64,000 nt of DNA from Selaginella moellendorffii (Eukaryota; Plantae; Lycopodiophyta). The translations under genes were made by a program, and so were the position numbers. How positions within the stretch are numbered: the stretch's first letter is position 1; each line of letters starts with the position of its first letter. A model generated the notes under the pieces. It was not told where the DNA came from. It was given only the letters and a program-made list of their open reading frames with translations, and did not search any database. Below, piece by piece: positions 20,914-33,846 of this stretch. Location of the stretch: NCBI RefSeq assembly GCF_000143415.4, contig NW_003314317.1, positions 937,183-1,001,182 of the forward strand, read 5' to 3'.

Positions 20914-22399
20914 ACAAGCAGCAGCCGCAGCAGCAGCAGCAGCAACAGCAACACTTGGTGTTCGTTCGTTTCGGTTTTTACGTCTCTCGTTCACGGTTGG
21001 TTTCTGGAGCAGATTGGAAACAGGTTCTCTTTGCTCCTCCGAAAGTTTGTCAGGCTCTAAGAGAAGAGTTTCTTCATCCTGTGCACAAACCAGAGAAGAA
21101 GATCGTGAGGCTCAATCAAACAAAGGCTGACAACTAAACCTCTATGTAAGTAAAAGCTTATTAGCTCTTGAGTTCCCGCTTCTTTCTTTCCGTGATCTAC
21201 ATTCTTTAACTTCTCCTTTCATCTAGCGACTTGCATATTCCTTGCCTCTCTACACACATATCATACGACTGCTGTAAACTACCAGTTCCGCCCCACTACT
21301 ATTCATTTATTTACCATCGCTAGAATTCCAGCAGTGCTGGGTTTCTATCTCAATAAAGTCATTCTTTTTTTCTCTTCTCTCTCGTGCATTTTTCCTCTCG
21401 CGCAGATAGGCTTTTAAGTTTTCATACGAACACGGAAGCATATATAAAAAAAGAGAGAGCTAAGAGCTAAAGAACATGGATGCAGCAGTGTTACCTCTTG
21501 AATTGGCTGGTATAAAGTCGAAATAGCAGTTCATGCAGAACAGCAAGCACTGGAAAGAAATTATCTCCCGTGTCATAGTACCTCCTGCAATACTACAGAG
21601 AAATCCCATCACCGCTACTAACAGCGAAAAACAAAACTGTAATATCGTTGATTAATGCTGCTGCCACTACAATGCAGTTTGGTCCACACCGGGGATTACA
21701 AGGAAGGACGTGCTCCGAATTATCTATTCCATCCAGGCATGCACGAAACTTAATCTATTGCCTATTATACTACTACATGCTTTGCACCTGAAACAAGGGA
21801 ATAGTGTAGTGTACCTTATAACGCATTAGAATGGTGTCCATTTATTGCATCCACTGCTTAACACCCCTGTGCCTGCAATACGTACCCCCCAAAGAAGTGA
21901 GAAACTTAAGCGAGAAACCGAAAGCAAGGAGAGAAAACAAACAACAAAAATAAAAACTTTGTACAAACTCTACGTACCATTTGTCAATTCTTCTAGTGTT
22001 TGCTTCTTAAAGCTAGCCTGCCACAAATCAAACGCCGATTCGTCGTGAGATCATACCAATATAATTGAGCAGCACGGTGATGTCATATATGTAACTATCG
22101 TGCCAAAATAACTTGGCACCGTGATTTGCTCGGATTTCACGGTTGACTCAAGCAAGCCTCTCCAAAACGGGGAAGAAGAAGCATAAACCTGTATTCAGGA
22201 GAATACTACATTACATTTGAGTACCAACAGTAGAAGAGGCCCGGTCCGGGAGAGACGACCGGCATACCACTGAAGGAAAAAAAAAAGAAGCCTTCGAGAA
22301 GAACTGGCGACAAGAAAATAAAACAAAGCTTTAGAAAACTGGGAGAAAGACAATCCTACTATACGAGGCTGCCAATCATTACCGGGGAAAGAGACGACG

Positions 22400-23274
22400 T
22401 CAATGATGGAAGAAAGTATTCTCGGGCGGCTGCTGCAGCTTCTTGTTGTGAGAAGCTCCCATCTCACGCTTGAGCTGCTTCAGTATGTCCTCCATGGTGT
22501 TATCGCGTCGCCAGTTCGAGAGCAAAGAAAAATTCTTGGGTTCCACCTGAAAAAGCACAGCGAAAAGTTGATGAGCAAACCGAAAAAGCTTGTCTACAAG
22601 TAAGATCACTAATGGAAACACCAGCAAGTATCAAGAAAGAAAAAAAAAAAGTGCTTGTTGCACAGGTAAGATCACCAGAAGCTAGACCATGTATCAGGAA
22701 AATCAAAAAAAGAACAGCGAGTGCTTACTGCACAAGTAAGATCACTAGTGAAAACACCGGAGGCCGAGTGCTTACTGCACAAGTAAGATCACTAGTGGAA
22801 ACACCAGAAACTAGACCACAAAGCCAAGAAACAAAATGCGAGTGCTTACAGCTCCAGTCTCGCGATTAACGCAAGTCATGTTGATTCGCGAATGGAATCG
22901 CACACTTGGTGGCTTATCCGGATAGTCTTTGTCGCAGTACAACTTAAGCTGATAAATGCGTCCTTCGTGAACAGACTGCACAGAATAAATGAGAAAAAAA
23001 AAAAGCGAAAGAGTCAGTGCATTGTAAGAGCAAAGAAAGAAAAAAAAGAAAGAGGACATTGCTAGGCCCCAGAATTGTGCCAGTCCACGAACACATGTAC
23101 ACATCGTCACTGTCATCCATGCCCAAGCTCACAGACGCATCGCCAAGGCCCTTCTCCCCTCTCTCCAGCTCCTCGAGCAGCCGGAAATTCCTGGGAACTA
23201 GGGAAAGAGAAGAAATCATCCACGTACCCTTGGCGCCGCGAGCAATTTGAGACGATCAACTCACCTAGAGCCAT
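22400..23274 (-). CDS. UEV1: Ubiquitin-conjugating enzyme E2 variant (MMS2/UEV1)
   Basis: MAL|[37 protein letters not shown]|[37 protein letters not shown]|[26 protein letters not shown]. Confidence 0.95.
22590..22850. repeat. Intronic repeat, about 4 degenerate units
   Basis: aca(a/g)gtaagatcac-type units at about 22596, 22662, 22732 and 22779; gagtgcttac occurs 3 times. Confidence 0.85.
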
Positions 23275-23431
23275 CCCAGCGTCTGCGCGATCCAGCAGCG
23301 AGCTGGAGGGAGCGAAAGGATCGACCGCCCCAACGGAAGAACCCTAAAAGTATAATCGAGAGATTTATTTTCACGGGCCCTTTATACTACTGTCCCATCA
23401 CTTTTTTTTCTGTGACGAATGCGATTCTTTC

Positions 23432-24771
23432 TCATTGTTTCTTCTTCTTCTTCTTCTTGGATTTCTTCTCGTTCTTGAGACGCTCTTGGTCGAGGAGCTC
23501 GGCTTCGATGCGAGCTTTCTCCTGTAAGAAGATCAAAGAAGAAGATTAAAAAACTTGCGTGAGAATTGGCGAGAGAACCTCTCGTTCGCGTTCCAAAGCT
23601 TCCGCACGGAGCTTTGCAGCTTCTTCCTCCTCAGCTCTTCTCTAAAATCCAAATTCACAGACACGATTACAAGTGTTGCATGTGAGCGTGGAAAGATCAA
23701 AACCTCTTCTGCAAGGATCTCCTCTCTTCTTCTCCAGTCGTAAGCATCTTGATCTCTCTTCTTTGCTTCAGCCTCCTGAAAAACGAAAGGAGTGAGAAAA
23801 ATGGAACGTAGACATGAAAGACTTTACCAGTTGCTTCAAGCGTTGCTGCTCTTTGTGTGCTCTCTCTTGCGCTAATCTGTTTCGCTCCGCGGCTTTCACT
23901 TGCTCACGTCCAGCCTCTCCCTTGTCAGTAACAAGTTTGATCTGGAGAAAAACGAAAAAGCAAAGATAGAACTTGGAAAACGGTCCAGGTTACCATTTGC
24001 CGGATAGTGTTGTTCGTTGTCAGTTGTACAGGAGTGTTGCCGTAGTCATTTCTATGAGTCACAGAGGCACCCTCCTGGCCTTGAACACACAGTAACAAGT
24101 TGAAAGAGAGAAACAAAAAAAGAAAAACAAAAGGATCCATCACAGCGATCGCAAGAGAAACTTAAAGACTTCTCGTACCAAAATCAAGATCTTGGCGATT
24201 TGTACATAGTTCCGGCTGCAAGCAAGATGCAAAGGAGTGTTCCCACACTCGCCTACAGCGTTTATTTCCGCCATCTTGTTGATTATCATCTTGACGAGTT
24301 CTTCGTCTCCTCTCAAGGCCTGAAAGAATCGCGAAAGAGTGATCTAGAGTTCATTAGCACACTTACCGCCCAGTGAAGAGCAGTATCACCAACGGCATTT
24401 TGCATCTTAACATCGGAGTTCCTGATGATAAGATACTTTGCCATTTCCACGTTTCGATTTTTGATCGCAATGAGCCTAGCATGCCAATCTTCAATAAAAA
24501 AAATCGCGAAACGAAAGATCCAAGAGATCCAAAATCTCTCGCGAAATTCTTACAGAGGTGTGTTCTGAGTGATGGGATTGGGGATATTGACATCCATCTT
24601 GCCCTCCACAGACTCGCGAACTTCATCGAAATTCTCCTCTTCCGCGGGTTCCCAGACCTCTCTCGGCTGCGGCTTCTCGGCGAATGGATCTACTTCCTGC
24701 AAAAACGAAACAAATCCCCTTCCTTACCATCCGCGAGATGGATCGGAGAAAGCTCTCACCGCCTCCGCCAT
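23432..24771 (-). CDS. Ankyrin-repeat protein with a C-terminal coiled coil and Lys-rich tail (start at 24771 or 24730)
   Basis: Exons ..MDVNIPNPITQNTPL|..ADVKMQNAVGDTALHW..|..GECGNTPLHLACSRNY..|..ASVTHRNDYGNTP..|..KARIEAELLDQERLKNEKKSKKKKKKKQ*. Confidence 0.8.
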
Positions 24772-24878
24772 CGCGAGCGAGAGAACTAGGGCTTAACCTA
24801 GGCCTAGGCGCGAAAGGGATATGCTCCATTTCAAAATTGATGCCTTTGAATATCCGCGACGAGAGACCAATTTACACT

Positions 24879-26373
24879 CTAGAAGAAGCCTTCCGTGAGA
24901 GCATACGTCCGAGACTTGAGAGTTTCTGGGAGTTTCTCAATAGCTTCGATGATCTCCTGGAAGAAAAAATTTATGACGAGAAAGGATCTCTGTGAAGTGA
25001 AGTACCTGTTTGCTGTACCGCGCAGAGAAGTGGATGAGGAGAATCGCTTTGTTTTGGAACTTGTCAGACAATGCGACGATCTGGAACAGGACATTCGAAA
25101 GTTCTTGCTAGAATTTTTCATGAACTTGCCTCTGAAAGATGAGAGTGGCCGTATTCTCGAGCGTGTTCTACAGTTCCGCTATCATTGATGAATGTAGCCT
25201 GGGAAGGAAAAAAGAGATTTGAGTCTAGAAACTTTGAGATCTAGAGACCAAGTTTAACCTCCATGATCAGCAGCTTTGCACGTAAAACGTCGGCATTGTT
25301 CTCGTCCCCTATGAAATCCACTGTGGTGTCTCCCGTGAAAGCCACCTCTGGACTCCGAGTGACGTTCGTTACCTGTGCAAACAGCACAACTTTCGTGACA
25401 ACAATACACAATTCTGAGCTTACTTCCACGCCGGAGAATCGTAAAGACTTGATTTTGTCACCGGGAAGGCCCACGTATTCGGGTTTTAGTTTGTTCTTCA
25501 CAGCATAGATTATGTAGCCCTGCAAATGTGGAGTGCAGAAATGAAAAGGATTAGAAAGTGTTCCGAGCTCATGCAATCTACCTGACTGGGAATTACGTGG
25601 TACGTCTTGAAAGGCTTGACGATATATCCTTTTCCAAGATCATACTCTTCACCAATCTAGCAAAAGAACGTAAGCAAATAGCTTGAAAGAACTTTGGAAA
25701 GAACTAAAGGAGATAACTCAGACTAAGCTAGATTTTTGGAAGAACCACGAGAAAAACTTTCACCAACACTTTGGCAAGAGCTGAAAGAGCTACCTCAGAC
25801 TAAGCTATAGTTGTGGAAGAACCAGGAGAAAAACTTACATCAAGTCCGACCAGCTTCATCGAGAGTTCTGCTTGATCGAGCTCCCTGTAAACGTCGAAGA
25901 GCTTTTCCACGGTGGCTTTGATCGATGAAGGAACGAAAATCGTGGGAGGCTTCATGGAGTAGAGGCCGCGAGTAGCAACGTACATGGCAATCCCTCCCTG
26001 GAAAATTCACAAACAATGAGCCATGATCCTTCAAAAATCCATAGAAAACGCTTACAATGTGATCCATGTGAGAGTGAGAAATGAAGAGAAAATCCTGAGA
26101 GATCGCCCGCTGAGGACAGCGTCCAATATCAAACGCGATTTTCATGGATGGAACGATCACACAGGTCTCATGGCCGCCGATGGAAATACCTTCTACGGCG
26201 AACCCGCCCGCGTTCACGCTCGCCAGATCACGCCGCCCTCCGCGCACGCTCGATTTGAGCTTCGCGTCTTCCAGCGCCACTTCCTCCATTGCGAATCCCG
26301 CCGTCGCCCTTCCTAATCGATGCCTCAACCCTACAATTCTCAAAGAAAATGGGCTTCCCGCCATAGCCAGCAT
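24879..26373 (-). CDS. TRZ: Short-form (TM-type) tRNase Z with an N-terminal extension
   Basis: EGISIGGHETC, FDIGRCP, FISHSHMDHI (metallo-beta-lactamase HxHxDH), AFTGDT, LIME|ATF, GHSHL, IHFSARY. Confidence 0.92.
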
Positions 26374-26394
26374 ATTGTGTTGTTCTTGCGGATT

Positions 26395-29300
26395 ATGGAA
26401 TTAGGGTTTTGGCGATGGCGTTGGCGCTGGCGCGCGATCTTGGCTCTGGCGGCGCTGCTGCTGCCGATCCACATTGGCGCTGCGATCTGCGAGCTGCCAG
26501 TGAGTAGAAAAGTGAATTTTGCTGCTCAAATCTCTGTCCCCAGGAATTCTCGCACAGGAAGCACTCGAGATGGATCACAAGGATGTCAAAGCGTGGCATG
26601 AATTCCGTGGATTGGTCACGTATCCGGAGTATCATGTTAGATGTTCCAAGCAACGAGACGAATTCCAGGTGAGCACTTGCTAGTCATCTAGTCATCTAGC
26701 AAGTTAACTTTGATTGTAGAATCCTACATTATATGGAGACGCTTACTTCGAGAGAAAAAGCTGTGGCTTGTACTCTGGACTTCAGCGTTCTTCCTCAAAC
26801 AAAGGACGACTTGATCTGCTTTGCTGACTCCGAGCTGATCTCTGGAAAAACGATTCTAAGTTTCCCAGTAAGTGGCCAGAAAACTGGAAAACCAGACTGA
26901 CATTGTCTTTCAGGTTGAGCAATGTATCACTGACAAGCTTGACGGTGGCTTGTTGGATGGAGCTCCTTGGGAAGTTAAGCTAGCGTCAAGATTATTGCGA
27001 GAAAGGTTAAACAGATTTTTCTTCTTCTTGTTCCATTGTTGCTAATTCTCGAGCACCAGGTCGCGTGGTGACACATCTAAATGGGCACTGTATATAAGTT
27101 CTTTGCCTAAATACGTGCCTCTTCCGCTCTTCTTTACAGATATGGTAGATTTGTAAGCTTTGCTGGGGCGCTGATCATCTTGTTCTATTTGCAGGAAATG
27201 AACAACATGGAGGACAGTTTTGTAGCAAATGAGGTCTTTGAAATGAGACGTTTTGCAATCTTGTCATTTTATGCTTTGCGTGGAGCAGACATTGCTCACG
27301 CCAAGTTTTCTGACTATGGTAAGCCAACTCAAATGTTGATCGACTTTTACAAATAGCTTTTTTAACAGTGTGGGCACTCTCTATTGCATTCAGTTTGGGC
27401 TGCAGTTTAGGAAACGGTGGAGGACACTATCTCTTTCCATTTCTGGGAATTACTGGGACTGGCAGCGAAAAAAATGGTTGTGTTTAAGTTCCAAGAACTT
27501 AGAAATTCTTATTTCATTTGTATGTTTTTTTTGACAGCAAAACTTACGCTTGAGAGAGGCACGCTCAAGGTCGTTGCGAGTCGTAATGAAAGCAGGGGTG
27601 CAGCCATTTCATTTTATCGCGATGGCACTCGAAGAACTGATGCATTCCTCTTTCAAGGTTCGTTGTGCGTATATCTTTCTCTAATGTTTGAACTTGAGAG
27701 CAGGGTTAATACTCAAATATGACGTTGTCGAGGGAGCAAGACTATTTTCCGGTTTAAATGTAACACACTTCCTTTCATCTTACACCCAATTTATTTTTCT
27801 ATTCATGCAGGACGTAGCTGAATGGTTTTTCTCGCGCTATGGTGGCGTCAACAGCAACAGAGTTCTGACGGTAAAAATCAGCAGGGATGCAGCAGAAACA
27901 GTAGAAAGTATGGCAAGTAGTGGGATTAAAACAGGCCTTTCAGTCAACTCGAGTGGAGTCGTTGCTCCGTCTTTGCTTTGCGTCGTCGCTTCACTTTTCT
28001 ATGCAAAGAAGGCGATTGATGCTCACAACAATAATTTGGGAGGCAAGGCACCGGCGGATTTTGCTGTAGTAGAGGATACAACGTGGGAGAAGGTGATGCA
28101 CGTGATAGCAGCGAAGAGTTTACACCCCGCGCTAGATGTGTCAAGCAAAAGCACAGAGGTGAATGAGATTAGTTCGGCATTTTCGTCTGCAGTTAAAGCT
28201 GTACAGGAACATATAGGTGGTCTAGCGGCTAGGCAGACAACAGATTTTGTAGAGGATCAGTTTCTATTACAAGCGGCAAGATGGGAAGGTATCGGTGCGT
28301 CCGCAGAAGAACCATGTTCAGCTTGTCGGTGGCAGATCGATAAGCAAGGATGGAATGACGTGGTTGCTATAGGCTTCAGGTCGTCTTTCAAAGACGTGCT
28401 TCGAACGGCTTTGTCAGAGCGTAAGCTTCCATCAAAAGCGGCTGTGAAAGATGACTCTGGTGGAGAGTCCGTTTCGAAGCTGAAAAGTGTAAGCATTTAT
28501 TGGTTACGCTTTGTTTTTCCGATTCTGACGTGCTTTTTCTGGCTAGTTCTCAACTTGGATGGACAAACACGGATTCTCCATTTCTGAAAAGCTAGCTATT
28601 ACGTCAATGAACGATACTTCCTACCAGAAAAACGCTGTCCGTGGTGTGCTCGTCTCGAGAGACATCGAGGAAGGAGAAACTCTTTGTATTCTTCCGGTAA
28701 GAAACTTGTGACGAGCGTGCTTTTACCCGCTTTTTTCTTCTCTAGCTTGAGGCAGGTCTCTATGATGGAAGTCCGGAGAGCGAAGCACAAAAGGATAGCT
28801 GGGATTTAGCTGCAAAACGACTCCTACAGGAAAAGTAAGCTTGTAACTGTGATGCTATTTTGATGACATGATAAATTGTTTACAGAGCATTGGGAAGGAG
28901 CTCCAAATGGGCTGATTATATCGCCATATTACCACGAGATATGGCATCACCACTATATCTGGACTCCACTGTATGTTGATTTTCTTTTTCGATCACAGAC
29001 AAAGCTTTTACTTTTCACCAGGACCTTCAAGAAGTGCAATGGATGCCAGTTTTACGGGAGGTGATTCAAGTGAGAAGATCCATCAAGAAAAGCTTTCAAC
29101 AATTCAAGTCTCCTCCATTTTCGTTCGATGACTACAGTAAGGTTATCGTCATGCTCTCAACCACGCTAATAGTGTGGTGCCTTTTCAGAGTGGGCCGTGA
29201 TCATGGTACACAGTCGTGCCTTCACTTTGCCAGTTCTTCCCGGTGACAGGTACTCCCACTACGTGCTGATGCCATTCATGGATATGATAAACCATCACTA

Positions 29301-30395
29301 CACGTACCAGGTAAGGAATCAACTCAAGCATTCAACGTGGGATCACACGCGTTTTTCAGGCAGACTGGATGTCTCAGCCCGTAATCGATCGTAAGCTAGA
29401 GATTATCGCCAAACGAGCATTAAAGAAAGGGGACCAGCTCTACGCTTCGTTTGGTCCTCGTTCAAACGACAATCTGTTTATGTACTACGGTAAGTTCTAT
29501 AAAAAAAACAATTTTTTCTCGCTAATAACATGATGTATCTTCTTCGTGGCAGGATTTGTGCTTGAAGACAACCCATTCGACTCTGTACAGATATTTTCCT
29601 CTTTTGAGGTGGGTCATCTATATGTGCTGAGCTAGCCGAGTTGAAAAGATTTTTGTTTCCAACCAGGATGCGACCTCTTGGTTCATTCAGGCATGGACAA
29701 CACATTGTCGCAATCATTTACACGACGCTGGCGCTTACCGGAACTGCAAACGAAGCTCATGGAGCGAGACCTGGCCCGTGGTGAAACACGCTATAGATGA
29801 TTTCGAGAGCGGGAGCTCTGGCCAGAGCAAGGAATGGTGGGAGCTCGTCTCACACTGGGCTGACATTGGATACCAGTACTTACCATATCAACCCGGTCCA
29901 AACGTCTACGCATTTGGCATCAGCGATCCAAGTCTCATCGCAGCTTTCACAGCAGCGTCAACTTTCGTCGAGTTTCCTGCCAAGAAAGCAAAGCCAGAGA
30001 CCAACACCAGCACCGGTTTTCTCGACGAGTTCTTCGCCTGCATCGAGAAGTTGCAAGAGAAGCTGATGGACAGACCTTTGCTGGGGAAGCACCCGTGCCA
30101 AGATCATCTCGTCTCGGCTCTAGCGCTGGAGAAAGATGGAGAAGCCATGAAGGACTTGGTCGCCAGAGTTTCAGTAGCTATACGCTGTGCTGAGATCCTG
30201 GCTACGCTGCCAACGAGCATCTCCCAGGATCTCAAACTCCTCCGAGAGAGAAGCCCACCGAGCATCCACATTCAGCTGGCGCGAGAGTTTCGGTACCGCA
30301 AGAAGTTGCAGCTCAAGGCAGTGATCTACAGGGTGGTGACTGGAACCAAGACGACGAACAACGCAGCGAAAGAGAAGAACTACTTTGGTACATAG
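26395..30395 (+). CDS. Signal-peptide-bearing protein with two tandem Rubisco-LSMT-type SET modules (many exons)
   Basis: N-terminus MELGFWRWRWRWRAILALAALLLPIHIGA. Module 1: PWEVKLASRLLRE..SKWALYISSLP..WALSIAFS. Module 2: RGVLVSRDIEEGE..WADYIAILP..WAVIMVHSRAF..LMPFMDMINHH..KKGDQLYASFGPRSNDNLFMYYGFV..NPFD. C-terminus LPTSISQDLKLL..LAREFRYRKK. Confidence 0.8.
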
Positions 30396-30557
30396 CAACG
30401 AGGACCTTCGTCCGGAATGACAGAAGTTTTACAAGTAACAACAAGGAAGAGCAAAGATTGTCAGACAAAGCGAGAGCGAGAGCTTACTTCGACCGGAGGA
30501 GCGCATTCTTTTCATTCATTTGGAACCAAAAGAACGACGATGAAAGGTGGCTACTCC

Positions 30558-31382
30558 TCACGAGTAATCGCCGATGAAGTTACTGTTGTCCGCGCCAAGG
30601 CCGAAGAGAACTCCAGCATACTTCTCGGTGGATCCCTTCAAGGCCCCCTTTTTCAGCTTCTGGAACGCGCACGACGTAAGCAGGCTATCGGACCCGGCCT
30701 GGTGACACGGCCCAACGCGTTCCACCTCGAGCACCTCGGCCAGCCGGTTGAGACCCCCGTGGAGATTGTCGCAGAACTTCATGAGGTACTTGACGTCGTA
30801 GATCGTCGGGAAGTAGATCCGGAGGAGCACGAAGAAATCGGCCTCGCTGGGTGGCAAGTTCTGGCAAGTGAGCAGCTTGAGCAAGTAGCCAAAGTCGTAG
30901 CCGCTGTGGAAGGTGATCCAGTGGACGCTCTCGTTGAGGATCACCCCCGAGGACATGAGCAGCTCGCCGAATCGCTCCGCGTCGATGCCGTGCTCCTGGT
31001 TCTTCTGGAAGTCTATGCCGCTCTGCTTGAGCAGCTCGATCGAGTCGTGGGCGTAGACGTCCTCCTTGATGTTAAACTCGCGGAAGTTAAACTGCCAGAG
31101 GTAGGACTCCCGGGTAGAGCCAAAGGTGGGGAGATTGCCGTCCTCGTCAGAGAATGTGAGCCCGAGCTGGATGAGCTTGAGCAAATCGACGTTGGCACGC
31201 AGCATCTGGTACGTGCCCGCCTTGAAGCCAATGGGGCGGACCACCACACCCGGGAACTCGGTGTCCATGGCCAGGTATGGGAAATCGTCCACAATCTCGC
31301 GGATGAGCTTGAATTCCTCCTCCAGATTCTCGGCCCACACCTCCCGGATCCGGAGGGTGGTGCCCTTTGACACTGCGGACAT
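30558..31382 (-). CDS. CAF1: CCR4-associated factor 1 deadenylase, intronless
   Basis: [52 protein letters not shown] (DEDD nuclease). Confidence 0.97.
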   Translation of the reverse strand: MSAVSKGTTLRIREVWAENLEEEFKLIREIVDDFPYLAMDTEFPGVVVRPIGFKAGTYQMLRANVDLLKLIQLGLTFSDEDGNLPTFGSTRESYLWQFNFREFNIKEDVYAHDSIELLKQSGIDFQKNQEHGIDAERFGELLMSSGVILNESVHWITFHSGYDFGYLLKLLTCQNLPPSEADFFVLLRIYFPTIYDVKYLMKFCDNLHGGLNRLAEVLEVERVGPCHQAGSDSLLTSCAFQKLKKGALKGSTEKYAGVLFGLGADNSNFIGDYS

Positions 31383-31904
31383 CTACACTCCAGTTCTTTG
31401 GCGTCGCCGGATTCTCTCACCTAGAAACAATGCCAGCGCCTGCTGCCGTGCTGCTGCCGCCGCCGCCGCCGCTGCTGGAGATCAAGGAGATCGTCGCGGA
31501 TTATCGCTCCATCGCGCTCTTGGCGCTGAGAAAGAAAGAAGAGAATGTGGCAAACCCTAGCTCGAGCCAGGGGTCGAACCGGACCCACATTAAAGAGGAA
31601 GAACAGGGATTCGAAACTGGATCGGTTAGTTTGGATATTCGATAGGTATCGGATGGCTTTTGAAAAACGAGCGGGACAGGGATTCTAGGGTTGGGGATTT
31701 GAGATGTGAGGGCGCTCGCCCGCGCTGGCGCAACACTGGCGGCTGTCGGCATGCATAGGTCGTATTGATTCGCGCGTGAGCGTTTTGGCTGCCAGTTATC
31801 GAAGATCTGCGAGAATTTGGGGAGGTTTGATTCTCTGGCTGGATTTGTATCAAGGATTTATCGCTGTGTGTGTGGCAGGGTTATCGAACTAGAGTGTCAT
31901 CAAG

Positions 31905-33778
31905 ATGGTAGCAGTGAAAGAACCCCCGCCGGTATGATCAAGCCTTTTGCGTTTTCTTGGGTGTCCTGCTGATTAAAACTAACGAATGCAGGGGAAAGCT
32001 AACGAGAAGAAGAAGAAAAAAGTGATTCTAAACGAGTTCTCGTAGTTACCAGCTAAGGCTAAGGTTTTCTTTCTTTTTTCTTTTTCTTCAGGTTCCACCC
32101 AGACCAAGCGTTTTTAAAAACATGAAAGAGGATACGGATACAGTGGTTATCTCCACCAACGATGTCAATCGCATCAAGGTATTAAGCTTTGTGTTTTTTG
32201 TCTGTCAGAGTCCGCATTTCTCCTGTTCCAGGTGAATTCTGTGATCCTGACTCCGGCAATGAGAGCGCGAATGGAGAAGGAGAAGTACGAAGAAAGGATG
32301 CGCAACTCTGCCATTGCTAACGAACGCAAGGCCATGATGTTGAAGGTAGTAATCAGTTTCATATCATTCCGATATCAGTTTATATACGTGCAGATGGAGG
32401 AAGAAAGGAAGAAGAAGTCTGGTGCTATTCCTGAAAGCGAGAAGATAAAGAAGGAACTAGACGCCATGTATGGCTCTTGATCGTTGAAGTATGGCAGGAG
32501 ATTAATCAATTTTGTTGCATATATTTGGGTTATTTCTCATGCTGTGTTTATTTCAGGACGCTTCAAAACGCCGCGAGTCTTACAGAAGAGCAGCTGGACG
32601 ATGTGAAGCGCATGAATCAGATGATGCTTTATGCCAGATGCGTAACTATCAGAGATGAGCAGAAGAAAGAGAAAGTACGTATAAGCATGCTTTTTTGTGA
32701 AGGTAAACTTTTGTATCCCGAACTTGCAGATACAAAAGTTCAAGGAGCTTAAGGATTACAATCAAGAGGTGCACGAGGCCATGATGGCAAAGATTGTGAG
32801 AGAGCAGAAAGCACATGATGATCACGAGGCTCGAAGGCATCACCAACGAATGGAAGGTGCAGCGGTCATAAGGCATCAAATAAAGGTACTGGGAGTGATG
32901 AAGGTTCTAAGCGGAAGTGTGACATGCATTTCTAGGAAAGAGAGGGTCACAGAAAAATCGAGGACGAGCTCAAGCAACTCGAAGGAATCCGTATCCGGAG
33001 GCAAGCGGAGAAGGACAAACTTGAAGAGGAGGAAAAAGCCAAAGTGAAGCATGAGGAGGGACAGAAACTTTACAAGGCGCTGTTGGAAGCAAATGCTGCC
33101 AATACGGAACAGAGAAAACTGATGAAGATGCTGGAGAAGGAGGAGGAGCAAAAGATTCAGCTTTACAACTACAAGAAGGCTGTTGCGGAGCAAGAGCGAG
33201 CTGACGAGGCCGAACGGATCCGTAAGCAGAAGGAGCTAGAAACTGCTCGCCTGCGAAGCATGCAAGAGAAGGCGCAGGGTCAACAGGCAGCGCTGGACGA
33301 GTTGAGAGCGCAGAGAATCCAGGAAGCCGTGGAGAGGGAGTGGAGGGAGAAAGAGAAGGCAGCTGCGGAGCGCTTGAGAAAGATGAACGAGGATCTGGCC
33401 GAGGCAAGGGAGCAGCAGAAGATGTTTAAGATCACGCAACTGGCGGAGCAGGCTAAACAGGAGAGAATCGAGTTCTTCAAGATCATAAAGGATCAGCAAG
33501 AGGCACTGCTCAAGGCTAAGATACTAGCGGAGGAGCAGCACAAACGAAACCTTCACCACAGGGACGATATAATGGGACAGATTGCAAAGAACAGGGAGGT
33601 CAGGCTCAAGGCCATCAAGGAGAAGTTTGAAGAGGGTGCAAGAGCTCGGTTGAAGCTGCTCGCCGAGTTTGAGAGGCTACGACTTATCAAAGAAAGGAAG
33701 CTCAAGGAGTTGGAGGCTGAAGGAGTGCCTGACAAGTATAGAGCGGAATTGGCACGTAAAAAGGTTGTCATCAATTGA
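31905..33778 (+). CDS. CFAP45: Cilia- and flagella-associated protein 45 (CCDC19), multi-exon
   Basis: LDDVKRMNQMMLYARCVTIRDEQKKEK, KELETARLRSMQEKA..AALDELRA.R.QEA.EREWR.KEK, KLKELEAEGVPDKYRAEL; coiled coil throughout. Confidence 0.9.
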
Positions 33779-33846
33779 GGCCGGGAAGGAAAGTTACTTA
33801 CAGGTTATTTAAAACTGATTTTGGGATTGGGGATAAAAAATCAGCT

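Noticed and set aside
30417-31370. 317-aa plus-strand ORF
   Set aside because: Antisense shadow of CAF1.
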